Shown here: positions 35,551-50,086 of the stretch, in pieces
Numbering within the stretch: position 1 is the first letter of the stretch
Layout: each line of letters opens with the position of its first letter
Assembly (NCBI GenBank): GCA_040954595.2
Contig: CM082587.2
Location: 1,452,900 to 1,516,899, forward strand
Direction of reading: 5' to 3'
Source of the DNA: Balanoglossus misakiensis
Taxonomy: Eukaryota > Animalia > Hemichordata
Length of the DNA: 64,000 bases
Notes under the pieces: model-generated
What the model was told of the DNA's origin: nothing
Seen by the model: the letters and a program-made list of their open reading frames with translations, nothing else
Database searches by the model: none
Position numbers and translations under genes: made by a program

Positions 35551-38500
35551 AACAAGCAGGTTTTCTGGCCCAGGATCACGTCTGCCTTGTGGTTGTCCGT
35601 TTGGCGGTCATCTCTGCTCTGGACGAAAGTATGTGCTTGGCGTTTTCACGTTCAATTGACCACACTCCGATTGTGAATACATGTAGTCATCGAATCCAAT
35701 ATGGCAGACAGGCAATCTGCATACCACGTACCATGTGCCTTTTGTTATACACCTCGTAAAGTTTCTCTTCTCTGTAGATGCGTGGATGATATATGAAATT
35801 CGGGTCCACCTCTTTCTTACATGCCCAAGCATGACCCTTCAGGAGACAAGGGGCCTTTCTGTCACTGTAAGAAAACGGACAAACAATGATCAGCGCTGAA
35901 ATAGGCGCGCATCCTAAAGGTATTGCTGTACAAGATACAGTTGGAACAGATGTGAGCGAAAATTCACGCGGTGATCACGATTCCAACATGGTGATGATGG
36001 CTACGCACGAAGGTAGATTTGTGACGTCAACAAATATTGTGTGATTTGCTGTACCTCTCTTTTGATGACCATTCTCAACAGACTGCCCAAAATAACCAAA
36101 ACGTCTACACAATGAGGACAGTAGGGACATTTTATATTAAACACACAATTCCACCTGTGATAATATGACAAAACGACCTAGAATTTCACTTCATAAGTAC
36201 GTCATAATTTAGATGTAGTCGCCTCTCCCTTTTTTGAAAGCGATCGCGATCTGGTTCTCTTTTGTCTCAAATTAGACCTTGAAGCTTACTTCGACGCACT
36301 GAATGAATTAGCAAGGATCTTACCTTGCCCATGTCCAATTGCAGAGGCGAAATCCCAGATAAAGTTATCCGTGCGGTACGCCCAACCATGTTACATCTCT
36401 CTTCGCATCAAGTCTGGGCCCGCACTGCTCAACAGCCGGGAATACAGTGTGCGCTTGGCTGAGTCTCCCGTTCTAATATTGAAAAGCCAGGGCTTGCATG
36501 TTATACTGTAAATTTTTCGCTTGATTGATGATGCTGTATTGTTGCCTGCATTATGCAGTCATGCAGTCCAGTATACGATCTCTGATGGGTATTGGCCATT
36601 GAGTGACCGTCCCTCACAGATACCCCCCCCCACCATTAAATATAACTGCTTGGTGACCAACGCCAAGCCGATAAATCAGATTGATGCAACTTTTAGACAA
36701 GAAAGCGGGAAAATGGGAAACTTTCCTAAACTGCTGTACTTATTATCATAAAAATGCCCTGAAAGAAGTTATCGTCTCAGTGCTGGAAAGGCCCAGGCTC
36801 AGTAATGCGATATTGTCCAAATAGTGTAATCTCGTCTGGCTGGTCTAAATAGCAAATTGTTCTTGTAGTCACCTATCATTTCTCTAAATTGTAAGTGTAA
36901 CTCTTCTTTTTGGAGATCTTTTTATAGAATGGATTTACACGTTTGCTGGGCAATGGAGTCCCTGGTCTGACCTCCCGGGTCAACTAGATGGTGCTGTAAA
37001 CAGTGACGGTTCTCTCATGCAGAACGTCTCCCACACAATTCCTGGCCTTGTATACTTTGTTTTGTATATAATTTATGACTGTCTCGTTGAGCCCGGTACG
37101 TTTCCCCGGTGCCAAAAATGCAGTAATTTAGCCCGAACGACCCGCTAACAGTTGCAAAGAATTAAAAAGTTAGTCATGTTCGAACAGATCGAAAGTAAGA
37201 ATTCGTTGGAAAGCAACGTGCAAAGACAGTGTTTTGCTGATTCAAAATTGTTACGAATATACTGGTGAAAGTCGTTTATACTGACAAAAACAACTCCGAC
37301 TTAGAACAGAAAAATAGCGACAGTTGTATTCATGTCAAAGTTCCGTCACCCATCAAGAATAAAAACTCGCATGCAGCCAACTTTTGTTCTAATACTGTCC
37401 TTCAATATATAGGCCTACAGATATTTATACAGCTCTGGCGAATTCAGTAAACCCAAAGCAACAAGATCTCTGTGAATTTATAGACTCCCTCTTTGTCCGT
37501 TTTATACAATCAAAAACCAGTCAACTACAAAACATTTAAATGCATGATTGGACTTTAACTAAATTTAACATGATTTGAAAACCCAAGCCGCCACCCCCTA
37601 AAAGTGACGAAGATAACGGTTAACCGAACGATGACTTTATCTAACGCAAAATATAGAAACATGCTCACATGAAGAATATAACTTTCAAACTTTCGGCCAT
37701 TGGTTTAGGGTTCATCAGTTTGTGTATTCATTGAACAAAACACAACCATTGCTTATTGAGAAAGTCTACAAGCCTCTGAATCTCGTTTTCTCTTTCTACG
37801 CCCTGTTTTCTCGTTCTGGTGTTTGGAAGTGAATCATATGTAGTCGAACATTGAAGCTTGCAGCTGCATGGTCGTTTGTTCGTCTCTTCACTCCTGAGAA
37901 ACTCTAGCTAGTCCAACAATATGCTCGGAATATCCAGAGACATTTACGGACCATCAAGAGAACAAACAACAAACAAACAACGACATAGCAACATGGCGTC
38001 GAGAACTCACGCGATGGTATACACCCAAGGAACATGCGTGTGCATCGCTGATTGGTCAGAAACCAATGCGATGGCGACGAGCCGAATATTTCCGCCAGTC
38101 ACGGAATCGTTTGCACCCCACATCACCTCACAATCTCCCTCTTCCCTCGCACTACCGCTAATGGAAGCCCTATTTATTTGTACTTACTGTACATGAAGAT
38201 TCGCAAGGGGTGGGGGCAAGAGAAAATGGGAATTTTTACCGACCTGAAAACCTTTCCGTGTTGTGAGCAGTTTTATCTTTTGTCCAATAATAGGGAAAGG
38301 CAATAGTTTATGATTAATACAAAAAAGTGTGCATTTTCACGCCCTGGCCGTAAAAACTGAATGATTTTGTTGCATTTAATACATACATGCATTATTTTCG
38401 GTCCCCAGAGCTATACCATGATGCTTCAACATAAAGTTCAAAAAGTTATGACCTTTGACTTCTATGCAATTCATTAGACGGGAACTGATGTCATCAATTA

Positions 38501-38944
38501 AAGACTAAATGTCGCTTTGTCACGAGGAGAAAAAAGGATAAATATATTAACTTCTAGACCTGTATTCATGTGACTTCACAACTAAAAGCGTTTAAATTGT
38601 ACAAATTATGCAAAAACTTGAAAGGAAGCATCAAACATTTCCAGTGTTAATAGTTATTTTTGTGGATAAAATTATACAGTCCCTGGAGTTTCCATGGCAA
38701 TCTTTTCTTAACTATATTAAAAGCGGGGGTTCTCAGAACGATTTGTCAACAAGGATTTTGCCTTAGGACATGCGTCGCGTAATTAAAAACGTTGTTTGGC
38801 TTGGTTTGGTTGTAATTGTCTGTTACAAGGTTAAGCCTGAAATATCGAAGACTCTTTATGTACTGGATTAATATGTACGATTTGTTGGTCCTGGTGAAAT
38901 TTTACAAACATGGTAGTGATTTCATGATTCTTGGACGAACTAGC

Positions 38945-38986
<42 letters not shown>
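38945..38986. repeat. (ATG)14 microsatellite
   Basis: Perfect ATG run. It explains the poly-Met in ORF 38816-39010. Confidence 0.97.
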
Positions 38987-38989
<3 letters not shown>

Positions 38990-39953
38990 CAAGTATCAAT
39001 TTCTTTATGAACTTTCGGGTCGTACGTTTTCCTTAACTGTATACTGATAGGCTGAAACTGTGCGTAAAACATGGCAGTTGAGTATTGAACAGTTATTCGA
39101 TTGGAATAAGTTCAACTATTGTCAGAAGGGAACACTTCTTGCCATACTATAAATCACCACAAGGTGACTTTTCACCTCCTTTTAACCTGGAAAATGACCC
39201 CCTAGCGAGACAGCATTTTTCAAATTGGTTTCTGAGCAACGTTGTTACTGTGGCAACTCTTACTTCACTACAAGGTTCAAACAGAATGGGAGTGTACATG
39301 GATTATTCAAACACTATTCGCTTTGTTCAAATGTTCCAAAACTTGAGTGGACAAGCCTCATGTTAAGCAAAGAGCGCCCCCAGTGTCTCAATTGAACTCT
39401 TAACCGGCACAAATGAGATTACTTAATTTTGGATGACTATGGAAATCCCTCCCTCCTTATATATACCAGAATGACACTGATGTATATTACTTCAAAAATC
39501 CCTGAGTCCAAGGGTTTATTCAGTATTTCACGGCCATTGGTGCATATTACAATAACAGTAGTACATGCAGATTCTAAATGTTACTTAAATTTTTAGAGGA
39601 GTATAATAATAATAATATAATGTAAAAATATATGTTCATAAAATATAAAATAATGTATTAATATAATACAAAAAAAACCCCAAGAAAATCTGATAAAATG
39701 AGATGAGTAAAATTGGAAACTTGTAAATGGTGACTTTAACCCATAATTGGTCATCAAATGCTTCCCCTCTCCCCAAAATTATGAGTTGAAGGTTTACCCT
39801 GTTCATATGATGTCTTGAAAATCTCATCAAAATGTAATTGTGATGGTTGTGGTTTGATTTGTGTTCTATATAATGTGAAAAATTGCAGGTGCTATTCGTA
39901 CATTAGGGAGTTTCTGACAACATGTCGCAGACATCAATAAAAGGTATGAAATC

Positions 39954-42900
39954 TCATGTCGTGTGCTGGTCTAGAAAATCTCTGAATCTCCTGGAATATT
40001 TCTGTGGGGAAACAGTGGAAAATGATGTGCAGGGAAACCGAAATAGTTTGTATACATGTTCCAGTTTCTTCTTCACTTTATACTGAGTGAATATATCAAT
40101 AATTCCTACAAAATATCGTTCATTCTCCCCATCAATGACATGCAAGGCATTAGGTGTCAAAGGCAGCAGTCTTTGGTTTCTGTATTTCACTTGGTCGAAA
40201 TCCACTTTGCTTAAACCTGAGTTGTTCCGGCTTGTGTCATTGTGTGAGGTGGGTTCGTTCTGGGGTGTGCCTGGTATCTGTCCTGGTAGGACAGTGTGTT
40301 GAGTTTCTGTTTTCTGTTTGTGAGTTGTTGCGTCAGTTTCTCCGTCTGCATTTTGGACTTGTACTGCTGAAAGACTGGTAGATGTGTTGGTTTGCTTTAA
40401 CTTCCCTTGAGCTATCTGTCTCTCATCTATGCTTTCAGCTGGTCCAATCTGGCTGCCATCTCCACCTTCAGCTTGTCCACAATCTGCCACATCTGACCCG
40501 TCTACATCAGCTGCTGTTGACATCTTTCCTCCTTGTCCACACATTTCCTTTTTACAGTTTTCACACAAGGATCGATTTGCGGCAGCTTGGAATTTCTTCA
40601 GAGGTACAGATCTAAACAAAAGTGAAAATATACTTGAATATAACACTCCATACACTCTGCCTCAATAGTAATATTTTCTAGCACGGATCAATAGGAAATA
40701 AACATTTTCCATTTCATAACAAGTCCAGGCCAGGCAGCCTAATTACTCACTTCTGAACACGGACAACAACATCAGCAAACTTATCTTCTTCACGTCTTTC
40801 AGTGGAATGGATGAGTTGTCTTCCCAATATGAGACTATAATCCATGACACCGATCTCCTCCAGAAAATTAGAGTCATGTTTCACTTGCTCAATAAACCAT
40901 TGTTTTTGTGGCCCTGAAATAAATAAACAAGTAACATGTTTCAGCTGATGACTTCTATCAACAAGTGAACTAGTGTCCAACAAAGCTCCACTGCCAGATT
41001 TGAATTACTGACCCTGTAGAGAACATACTCAAAAGAAACTTACCCAGATTTATTTTCTTGTTTTCCAAGTTATTGTCTTTGAGTATTGCTATAATATGGC
41101 TGTCCTCCAGCTCTGGTTCTGTGTATCTGTCGGCATGACAACCCTTCAAGTCATACCTGTGCAATACAAAGTAACAACCACATTGTTCTTAATGATGTCC
41201 ACTGTTTGACACCAACTTCGACATGCTAACAACTCTGTCACATGGGACCCATACCTGCAGCTATAGACAGGACAACAACATTGTGAAGTAAACAAATTAT
41301 ATTTTCATACCTTTCAACAATTCTGTCATCAGGATAAAATACACTTTGCATAACTGTAAAAAATCTCTGCAAAGAAATGCTCAAGTAAGTACCTCTACAT
41401 GAAATGGTTTAAGTTTTACATTCAACTACGCCAAAAGTTGTAGTTCAAGAGCCTTTAACATAACAATCAAATGTAACATCATATCAATGGAACTCAAAAG
41501 AAAACTTTCAAATGATGTCACAGGTCGTCATAGAGTGACAAAGTTAGGTACTCACTGTTCTGTGTCCCTTGATATGAATGGAATGAAGTCCGAAAATCTT
41601 GACCATCAGTGTATGGGGATATCTCTCAAAATGATTCAAATATGTCTTCAGTATTGAGCGGAAAAATTTCACGTCTTTTACTTTTTCTGTTTTAATCACA
41701 AACATTTTATTATTACTAAAGAAAATAAAAAGAGATAAGAAATTGTAATTAGTTCTGAGAATTGACAGAAAAATAATTGCATTGAATATTCATTGACATG
41801 TGACTCTGAACATGTGACACAAAACCTGAAAAGGTTTGTGAAGACAGTTTAAAGAGAAAATTAAATTTTGTCAACTCACCATAGAAAGAAACTCATTCCA
41901 CTCTTGGAGTTGCTTAGCAACTCTAAATATGGAAGACGAGAAGATGGAACCAAGGAAGACTGGTATTCCTCTTCAGAAAAATTAATAACCCGGCGAAGTT
42001 TTGAAAACATTTTCGGTGCATAGCTACGGAATTCAAATTTCTGAAAGAACAAATAAAATTTATCATTATGAGAAAATTATTGACACAAACATATGAAAGA
42101 TTTCTAAATTCATAGAACTTAGCATAAGTATTTTTGGTCACACTCTCTGTAAGTATGTAATTGTTAGTACAATGCACTTGCAAACAAGTTGAAGAGAAAC
42201 AAAGTTTTGTTTCAAGGAAAATATCTTGTTTGTCTTGTCTATAAGGGCATGTTTGGAAATTTGAAAGTTACAAAAATCGTACCTTATTGTTGTCATTGGT
42301 AAGGTGAAAAACATCAACAGCAGTAAAATCTTCTTCTATTAAGTCAGTCTGTAAAAAGGAATAAGACTAAATTAGAGCAACTGTATAAGAAAGTATAATG
42401 TTTATTTAGGTATATACATGCAAATGCAAATGATATTGCTGGTACATTTTTACAGGCAATAACCTGCTGTACCTGTGCAGTTATATTTCCAGAAACGTCT
42501 TCATTCTTGAAACATTCTTGGAGACCTTGTCGTATACAATTTGTGAGTTGATATCGGGGATGAGATGAGCTGATTTCAATTATTCCACGTCGCCCCCACT
42601 TCCTACGAAGATCAGCCATGATTACTGCAAAACGTCCTTTGTGTTCTCTGTTGGTTTGTTTCTCTGGCTTGGCTTCTTCTTCTGATCTTTCCACTTCTTC
42701 ATTCTGTCAAGTAATTAATAATTGAAAAATGACTATTTCTGACATAGGTTTCAGAATAATCAGAATAATGCATATATACACAGATTATATACATGTATGC
42801 CTAGGAGTTTTAAGGACACGTAAATCACAGAGACCATGCAGTATAATGAGTAATGAAAGTATTTAAATGATTCAAACCACATATATATATACAAATGGAA

Positions 42901-43835
42901 ATTTTATTGAGATTCATGACACTATCTGCAGTATATCATTACTCCAAATAAAAGAAGGAAAACGTGTCTAGAATCAAATATTCAGGATTGTGCCATCACC
43001 ATGGCAACCAACCTTAGCCTGCCTCTCTGCCATATAGAAATAAATAGCTTACATGTATTATACATGAATTTATAAATAAATGAATGTAAATGTTGAAGAA
43101 ATATGTATTCTGGTAGTGAAAGCTACCCTATAGCCTTATAATTTACAATGTCTAGTCATAGCTACTGCCAGTGAGTACATAAAAGATGTAGGCATCTGAA
43201 TTTGATTCGAAAATCCCCCCCCCCCCCCGATTTAAAATTGGTCCAGTAGCTAGGTCCCTAACAGTGAATGCAATGCCAGGCATTTAGAATCGGTAACAAA
43301 GCGAAGACAATGCGAACTCGGTCTGTTTTCAATGATCAATGATGTCTTTGGACAGTGCAAATGCAAGCAACATTATAAGGAAATTTGCATACAAAACGGC
43401 TGACATGTCAGTTACATGACAGCACTGCAGTGACCGATGACTGTTGCCAACCACAGTCACATGTGAAGTGGGTAGTCACACCAGGGCAAAAAGCCCTTGC
43501 GCTGTGTCTTAAGAAAAAAAAAAACTTTTTTTTTTCTGTGGCATTACCCAGGCCACGGTCTGACTTCCCAGTTCACAGGCGACTGTGTTGACAACTGCCT
43601 AAATATGACTGAGAGAGTATTTCAGTGTAAACCACGTAGCATAAGAAAGTGCATTGTGACCAAACAATGAAAGGAGGAAGGGTTGATCAGAACAGTGTTA
43701 AGAAAATCACGCACTCACCGGTGATTCCTCTGGGCTTGGGGAATCCGATCGTGCCTGTTGATTGTTTTGCGTGACGGATTCGTCACCACCGGCACCGCAT
43801 TTTGAACACACCACGGGTTTCTCTACACTTGTCAT
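39954..43835 (-). CDS. PIP5KL1: Phosphatidylinositol-4-phosphate 5-kinase-like protein 1
   Basis: MTSVEKP first exon (43835-43719); KWGRRGIIEISSSHPRYQLT; FEFRSYAPKMF; SNSKSGMSFFL..FVIKTE; YPHTLMVKIFG; RYDLKG; ILKDNN; DSNFLEEIGVMDYSL; RYFVGIIDIFT..FSTVSPQKYSRRF. The PIPK motifs are intact. Confidence 0.88.
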
Positions 43836-44526
43836 TGTTGCTAGTATATATCCGTTGCTATGGACACATCGGAACCTTATCTAAATAGGTTTTGTATGAG
43901 CCGATGCACACGTAAGATGTCGTAACGTCGGTTGTCAAGAGCGCCTTCGAAGACGCTACTTGCTTAGCGATATAGCCAGCACTGTCAACTAATTAGATGC
44001 TAACGTCACTTCCGGGTAGAGACAAAATCACAGTCAGTGACAGTCGAGGTCAAACTGAACTTTGCTAGAGTGTGAAGGGATGTTACCTAGTTTGGGATAG
44101 CAGATTCTAAACCACCAGTTGATCGTTTTTTTTTCTGGATAGCTTGTTAACACAGGCACCGTTGAAGTTGGTGGCGAGCATAAAGCTAGCTCAGTACGTG
44201 ATACTCCATAGTGAGATGACCCCAAAACAAGTCTAACAACTATCATTCAATGTTTATAAATAACAAAGTAAAAAAAATAAACAAAAACAACAAGTAGAAG
44301 CATAACAATTAAGCTTTAATTAAGTCACGGTGAATATGACGTATAATTATTCTCAATCTCTGACCCAATATAAATTTGTGAAAACGTGGTTTAGCCTTAT
44401 ACCCTTCGTAAAGGGGCTGTCACGGTAATATTACTTTGGGTGGAATTACAGTTATAAATAACACCTGTGATCGCTGATTTAAAAATGCAGATTTTTTTTA
44501 CATTGAAAGTAAACTGACAATCGATA

Positions 44527-47500
44527 TTACGAACACCAGCCTGGCGACCACACACCGGCGAAGTTGCTCGCATCAGACAATTCTGGTACCGAAGTATTGT
44601 CATCAAAAGCTGGTACAAGTTTCTTCTTTAATTCCTCGATTCGTGCAGCCATTTCTTGAACTTTATGCGGCATTTCTTCTGCGAGATTAAACTTTTCCAA
44701 AGGATCAGCTTTGAAAAAAGAAGCAGTGTGAGATATTAAACGATTAATCGATGACAAATATTCGGTAGAGCAAGTTGCTAGTTATTGTCTACCGTTTAAC
44801 AAATACGGCTCTTTCCTGTAATTCAAATACTGTTCAAATATTGGCCACAGAAGGGACGGACCCAATCTCTTTAAAATATCTTACGTACTGCGAACGTTGA
44901 ACAAGTAAACATTTTGCTTTTGAAGCACATCTCCTTCATCGTCAATGTCCTCAGCTTCTGGGGGCGGAATTCTTTGTGCTAAAGACAACGATAAGGTAAT
45001 ATGTGAATAGTTCATATGAAGCAGGCGTTAATTAACCAAAACTAGAAGTACGAGATTCACATGCAATCCAACTTGAATTTAGAGTTATGTAGACAATTTC
45101 CAACAAGTTTGCGCACAAAAAAAGGAAAACATTTCCTTTCGTAAATTCCGTTGGTGTTCCTTTAGAAACATATCCATCGGGATATCTTACCGGAAAATCT
45201 GGGATATCCCATCATTAACTTGTAATTGCCAACCCTGAAGAAAGATAGGATTCACAGAATGTAAAGCGAGTATGCATTCAACTGACGTACACAGCGTTAT
45301 CTTGTAAACCTAAAAGAGGTGATGTTTGTGTTTTGTTAGTGACCATAATTTGTTCCAGCTGTTCATTGGTAGCGTAAACCTGAGATTAGATACATATAAT
45401 TCTATGAATTTTGCCGTCAAAATCGCCATACATGATTACTTTCTATTTGATAAACGATTTAAGCTTATTATTATAATAAATAAGATAAGTACCTGCAGTA
45501 AGTAAAGTAATACTCTTATCAGTTTCCGACTGAATGAATGAATGAATGGATGGATGGATATATAAATTTGAAATATGATATGTATAAATGATAAACTTTA
45601 TAAAGTTTACAAAATAATTTGACAGACCATGGTGATAGACGTTAAATACCTGATCGCTGCTAAAGGTCTGCCCTTTTCCAAAATGTTGTAGACGAACTCC
45701 TTCCTTGGCGATGGTTTATTCTGAGATAAAGCATTCCAAACATTTATACCGTCCATTCGAGTATCTAAGAGGAGTATAAAAACCAAGACAACAACAACAA
45801 CAACAATAAGATACAGAGAAAAACAGATGTTAAGTTGGTGCCACAGATCGCCTTAAACCGAATGGCCAAATGTAAACATATACTTTACCCAAACTCTTGG
45901 CACCTGCAACCCAGGACAGCGTTGGATACCAGTCGACAGCATGCACAATCCTGGCATGGAAAACAATGAAAACGTGTAAAATTCTAAGAAACAGGTTCAT
46001 GAAGAGATTATTGATACATTATTCTCTGATGTCATTTGCATGTAAAGTATCACACAGAAAAGAATTAAAGAGGGTGACAATAGAAAAAGAAATATGTCTG
46101 ACCCATTGTTGACGTAACCCGTCCTCTGGAGAATATTTCCATGAACGAAGCCCACCACTCTAGTACCTCCTTCATGTAGCGAACCTTTAGTTCCTCGTAG
46201 TGGCCAATTGTTACCTTCAGCTCTTTCATTTTGTGGGGCCCCATTCTATAAAGATAAAACAAATGTTATTTGCTGTCCAGAAACGAACCAGCAAATGTAA
46301 AGATCGACAGCTATATACGCATTGCCTGCATCAATTTCTTGCCACGACGATTTCCCACGCGACTTCACAATGAACTTGATTCAACGAGGACTTTGCCATT
46401 GGAAATGACTGATTGATGGTGTTTTCTAAAAACTCAGTAAACAACTGGTGAACCGATGAAAGACAACTTACATCAGAAGAAAACACGAGTAAAGTGTCCC
46501 TCCATAAACCATGTTGTTGTAACGCTCTGACAACTTTTCCAATACCTTCATCCATAGCTGAAATCATACCTAGGACAGAAATTGATAACAAGAGGTTTAA
46601 TTACTACCACACCCGTAAAACACTGCCAAAGTTAACGGTTCAACGTTATTTCTTTTTGTTTGCCCTTTAAACTCACCAATTGTAATTTTAACTTACATCT
46701 CCTCCGGTTGTTTTTTGCTTACCTAGTTTTATTCTTCGCTTTTCATTAGAAACAGATGGATACATATTTATGTATTTTTTCGGAACCTATAAGGTGCGAT
46801 TGAAAAACATTCCGGTCAGATTATTGCTTGTGTATCTCACAACAAAATAACCCCTGACCACTGCAATAAAATGTCCTGCATTTTATTGCAGAACCAAAGT
46901 TCTTCAATCATTCTGGCCCTAATGAAGACAAATGAGGGTATGAAATGTGTCTATATCTACAAAGACTGGTCAGTATGAAAATTTATTTAGTAGGATCAAC
47001 ACATGTGGAATCTAGGTTAATAACTCTACGTCAGACTGTTCGATTTTGAATGCGTGTCTTTCAAATGGTACACTAAATCAGCCATCTCTCTAATTCCAAC
47101 TGAAAAAATGAAGATGACACAAATGGAGATTTGCAACATCACATAAAAGATGCATCAATCCACAGTAGATTAGGTGATTTTCAAATTCTGCAAGGAAAGC
47201 ACTAGGTGTAATGGATTGGTGATGAACGGTAACAGATGGCACAAAGTAAAGGAAATATGCGACCAAGCTCTATCCAAAGCTATTACTTAAGCACCATCTG
47301 TTTAATGCAGGGTATCATTTCATATAAGAGAGTCACTCACTAACCTGTAAAGGACTGTGCACGCTCTGGTAGGCAAGGTACATGAACATTGGTTTGGACT
47401 TGTCGTGTTGTGCAATGTAATTCGCAGCTTTGTCACTGAACAAGTGCTGCCAGGTGGAAAATGGAATAAGCAACAATCAGTGTATTTGAACAAAAGGAGA

Positions 47501-49322
47501 ATTAAATATAAACCCGGTTTGAGTTGTGTAAATGATGTAGAAATCAGTATACATATACTGCACGAAACTTCAGAAAATGATTGTAAGTCCATGATTTGCT
47601 CCCAGTTATCATATGCTTAAGACAGATACAATAAGCAGAATAACAGTTTTTTTATGTCAAAATAACCACTTGAAATGAACTGATTGACCTACAGACGAAT
47701 ATATTCCATTCTGACTCCAGTCCGGGTCCATGTTGCACCGCAGGTCAAGACCACTACCTGAAGTTGTTGAAAATAGTAGAATTCATAAAAACTCACACGG
47801 CATGATATCATTTGTCCCACAATTGACATTGACTCAATTATAACCTTGACCCCTTTGCTAATCCCATGCATGTGTCTCCTATTAGAGAGAAACCTTTACC
47901 CTCTAGACCTTTTGATAATACAACATGTCGTGCAATCTGTTGATATTCAGTTCTTTGATTCACTTACCAACCGAATGAGTGTAATGATCTTCTGCAGCCA
48001 AATAGTATCCATAGAAATGATCAAAACCTCGCCTGGTTGGTGTGTAGTCAGTTTTGCAAAAACCTAAATGCCATCTGTGATTAAACATATTGCCAAAATT
48101 CAGAGGGAAGAGAAACATCTTGTTGGGTTAGACATGTATAATTGAAACTAAACAAAATACTTTTAAGAGCATATTTTTGTCGAGGCTTAGATTTGTGTCT
48201 TTCTTACTTGCCAACCATGTACGTTGAATATCCCAATTTTTTCATTTCTTCCGGTAGCGTGGTGACATTTAGTGGTAATCCGCTTGGTATGTTACGATGA
48301 AGCCCTCCATCCTATAAAAAAAACAATTACCAAAGTTGAAATATGAATGAAGCTGCTACATCTGTTTCAACAGATTTTTGTCATGCAAGTAGTATGCAAG
48401 TAACACCTTGTTGGTTCATGATCTTAGCGAAATAATTCTTTTTCTGTCATTCAGCAAAAATGTGTTTCATTGTTGCATTTATATTGCGGGGAAAATCGAA
48501 AATAATGATGAGGAATTTTCCAGTTTCACATTTAAATAGCTAATTAAAAATTTGAGGACAAAATATTTTTAATGTTACCTGAAACCCTAAACGGTAAGGG
48601 AAATAGCCACTCAAAATAGCTGCTCTAGTCCTGAAAGAAACAAAAAAGACTCGTGCGTTATTTACAAAATTCTTATTTAATCAAACAGAGATACATGCTT
48701 GCTTTCTTTGGTTATTTGGAATTGATATTGTCCATCTGAATGAGACGACGTGGCATCATACCGAATTATTTCGGTGTTAACCCCCCGTCTGCCGACGTCA
48801 TGGTAAAAATAGAACAAACTGTCAAGGAAAAAAAATATAGTAAAAAATAATGATAGTAATTTTTAACTTACGGACTGCAAGATGGTGACACGTAAGTTTG
48901 GTTCAGAATAACACCTTCTCTGGCAAGTTTATCGATTGTAGGTGTGATGACGTATGGGTTATTATATCCAACTTCACTCCAGCCTAAGTAAAAGTGAAAA
49001 AAGTAACAATGTCTCCTGCGAAGAGGATGGCAGCGTTTTTATTGTTCAGACACGTTTAATGTCACAAACCCCAGTTTCGAATATCATATTTTGGATTTGT
49101 TCGAAAGAAGTAAAATGCGACCGTTCTCAAAAAAGGCAGGTTTAACAATTTTATGAGTTGCTTACCTAAATCGTCAGCCAGGATGAAGATGATATGAGGT
49201 TTTTTGATGGTGTCGTTCCCATAGCTGAACGAAAAGACACTTTGAAAACGCTTGATATTTGTCAAAACATAAAAGGAGAAGACGATTAAACTACACACGG
49301 CAAATCGTTCGCGAAAATGCAT
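44527..49322 (-). CDS. Arylsulfatase B/I/J-like sulfatase, multi-exon
   Basis: Signal-like N-terminus; KPHIIFILADDLGW; TPTIDKLAREGVIL; SCSPTRAAILSG (CxPxR FGly motif); YMVGKWHLG; YQSVHSPLQ; GMISAMDEGIG..VFSSDNG; NWPLRGTKGSLHEGGTR; HAVDWYPTL; DPLEKFNLA..GVWSPGWCS*. Confidence 0.92.
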
Positions 49323-50086
49323 TGTAGTTTGCACAATCACGGCAATATCAACAAGAGTGCGTTAAAACTGTTGAGCGAAATGCATCGTGTGACAAATATT
49401 AAAATAAAAACTAATTAGCATTCAATTTGGTTACTACTGATTGGTTCCTACTTACTGTTTCGGTTGTTTGGTGTTTGTCACCTCTTACGATATCCAACAT
49501 GTCCTGGGTTTAAGACGTGATACAAACAGGTAAATATCACCAACAATTACAGTGTAACACCTACCTGATAAATGTGTTCTCCCAAACAGCCTCTGATTGG
49601 TTAGAAGATAACAATATGGAAATGCCATATATTGTGTGTTGTCGATAATCAGCACGTCCACTTAATGCTATGAACACTTGCTGTCGAATCCGATTTGGTG
49701 TTCGGTCATCGTTCTTTGTAACTTTTTATCGTTTTGCGCAATTTGATTGGTTGCTAAACACAGTACATGTCATTCAATTTTACACCACGTGCCGTTGGCA
49801 TAGAAACAAGCTCGATTATCTACATTCCAAATGGCATAATGGGTCATCGGGGGTGAGGGGCAAAGTGTTGAATATTTGAAGTTATTGATGGCAAAAGACA
49901 CAGGAAAACTGAAAAATCAAATATTATTGAACTAGCCTGAGTTAAGACTGCACATGTAAGACAAATTGTGTGGTTCTGATAACCAGACCTATCCTAATTT
50001 TTTTAGCTAACGACCCTATACCAGAAGAGTTTCAATTATTTTTATTTCCTTTCAGGTCGTGAGATTGCAGCCTATACATTCTGACC

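Noticed and set aside
38816-39010. Poly-methionine ORF
   Set aside because: Artefact of the (ATG)14 microsatellite.
32731-39386. CTCF-like motifs at about 32735 and 39373
   Set aside because: Both deviate from the core consensus and cannot be supported without ChIP data.
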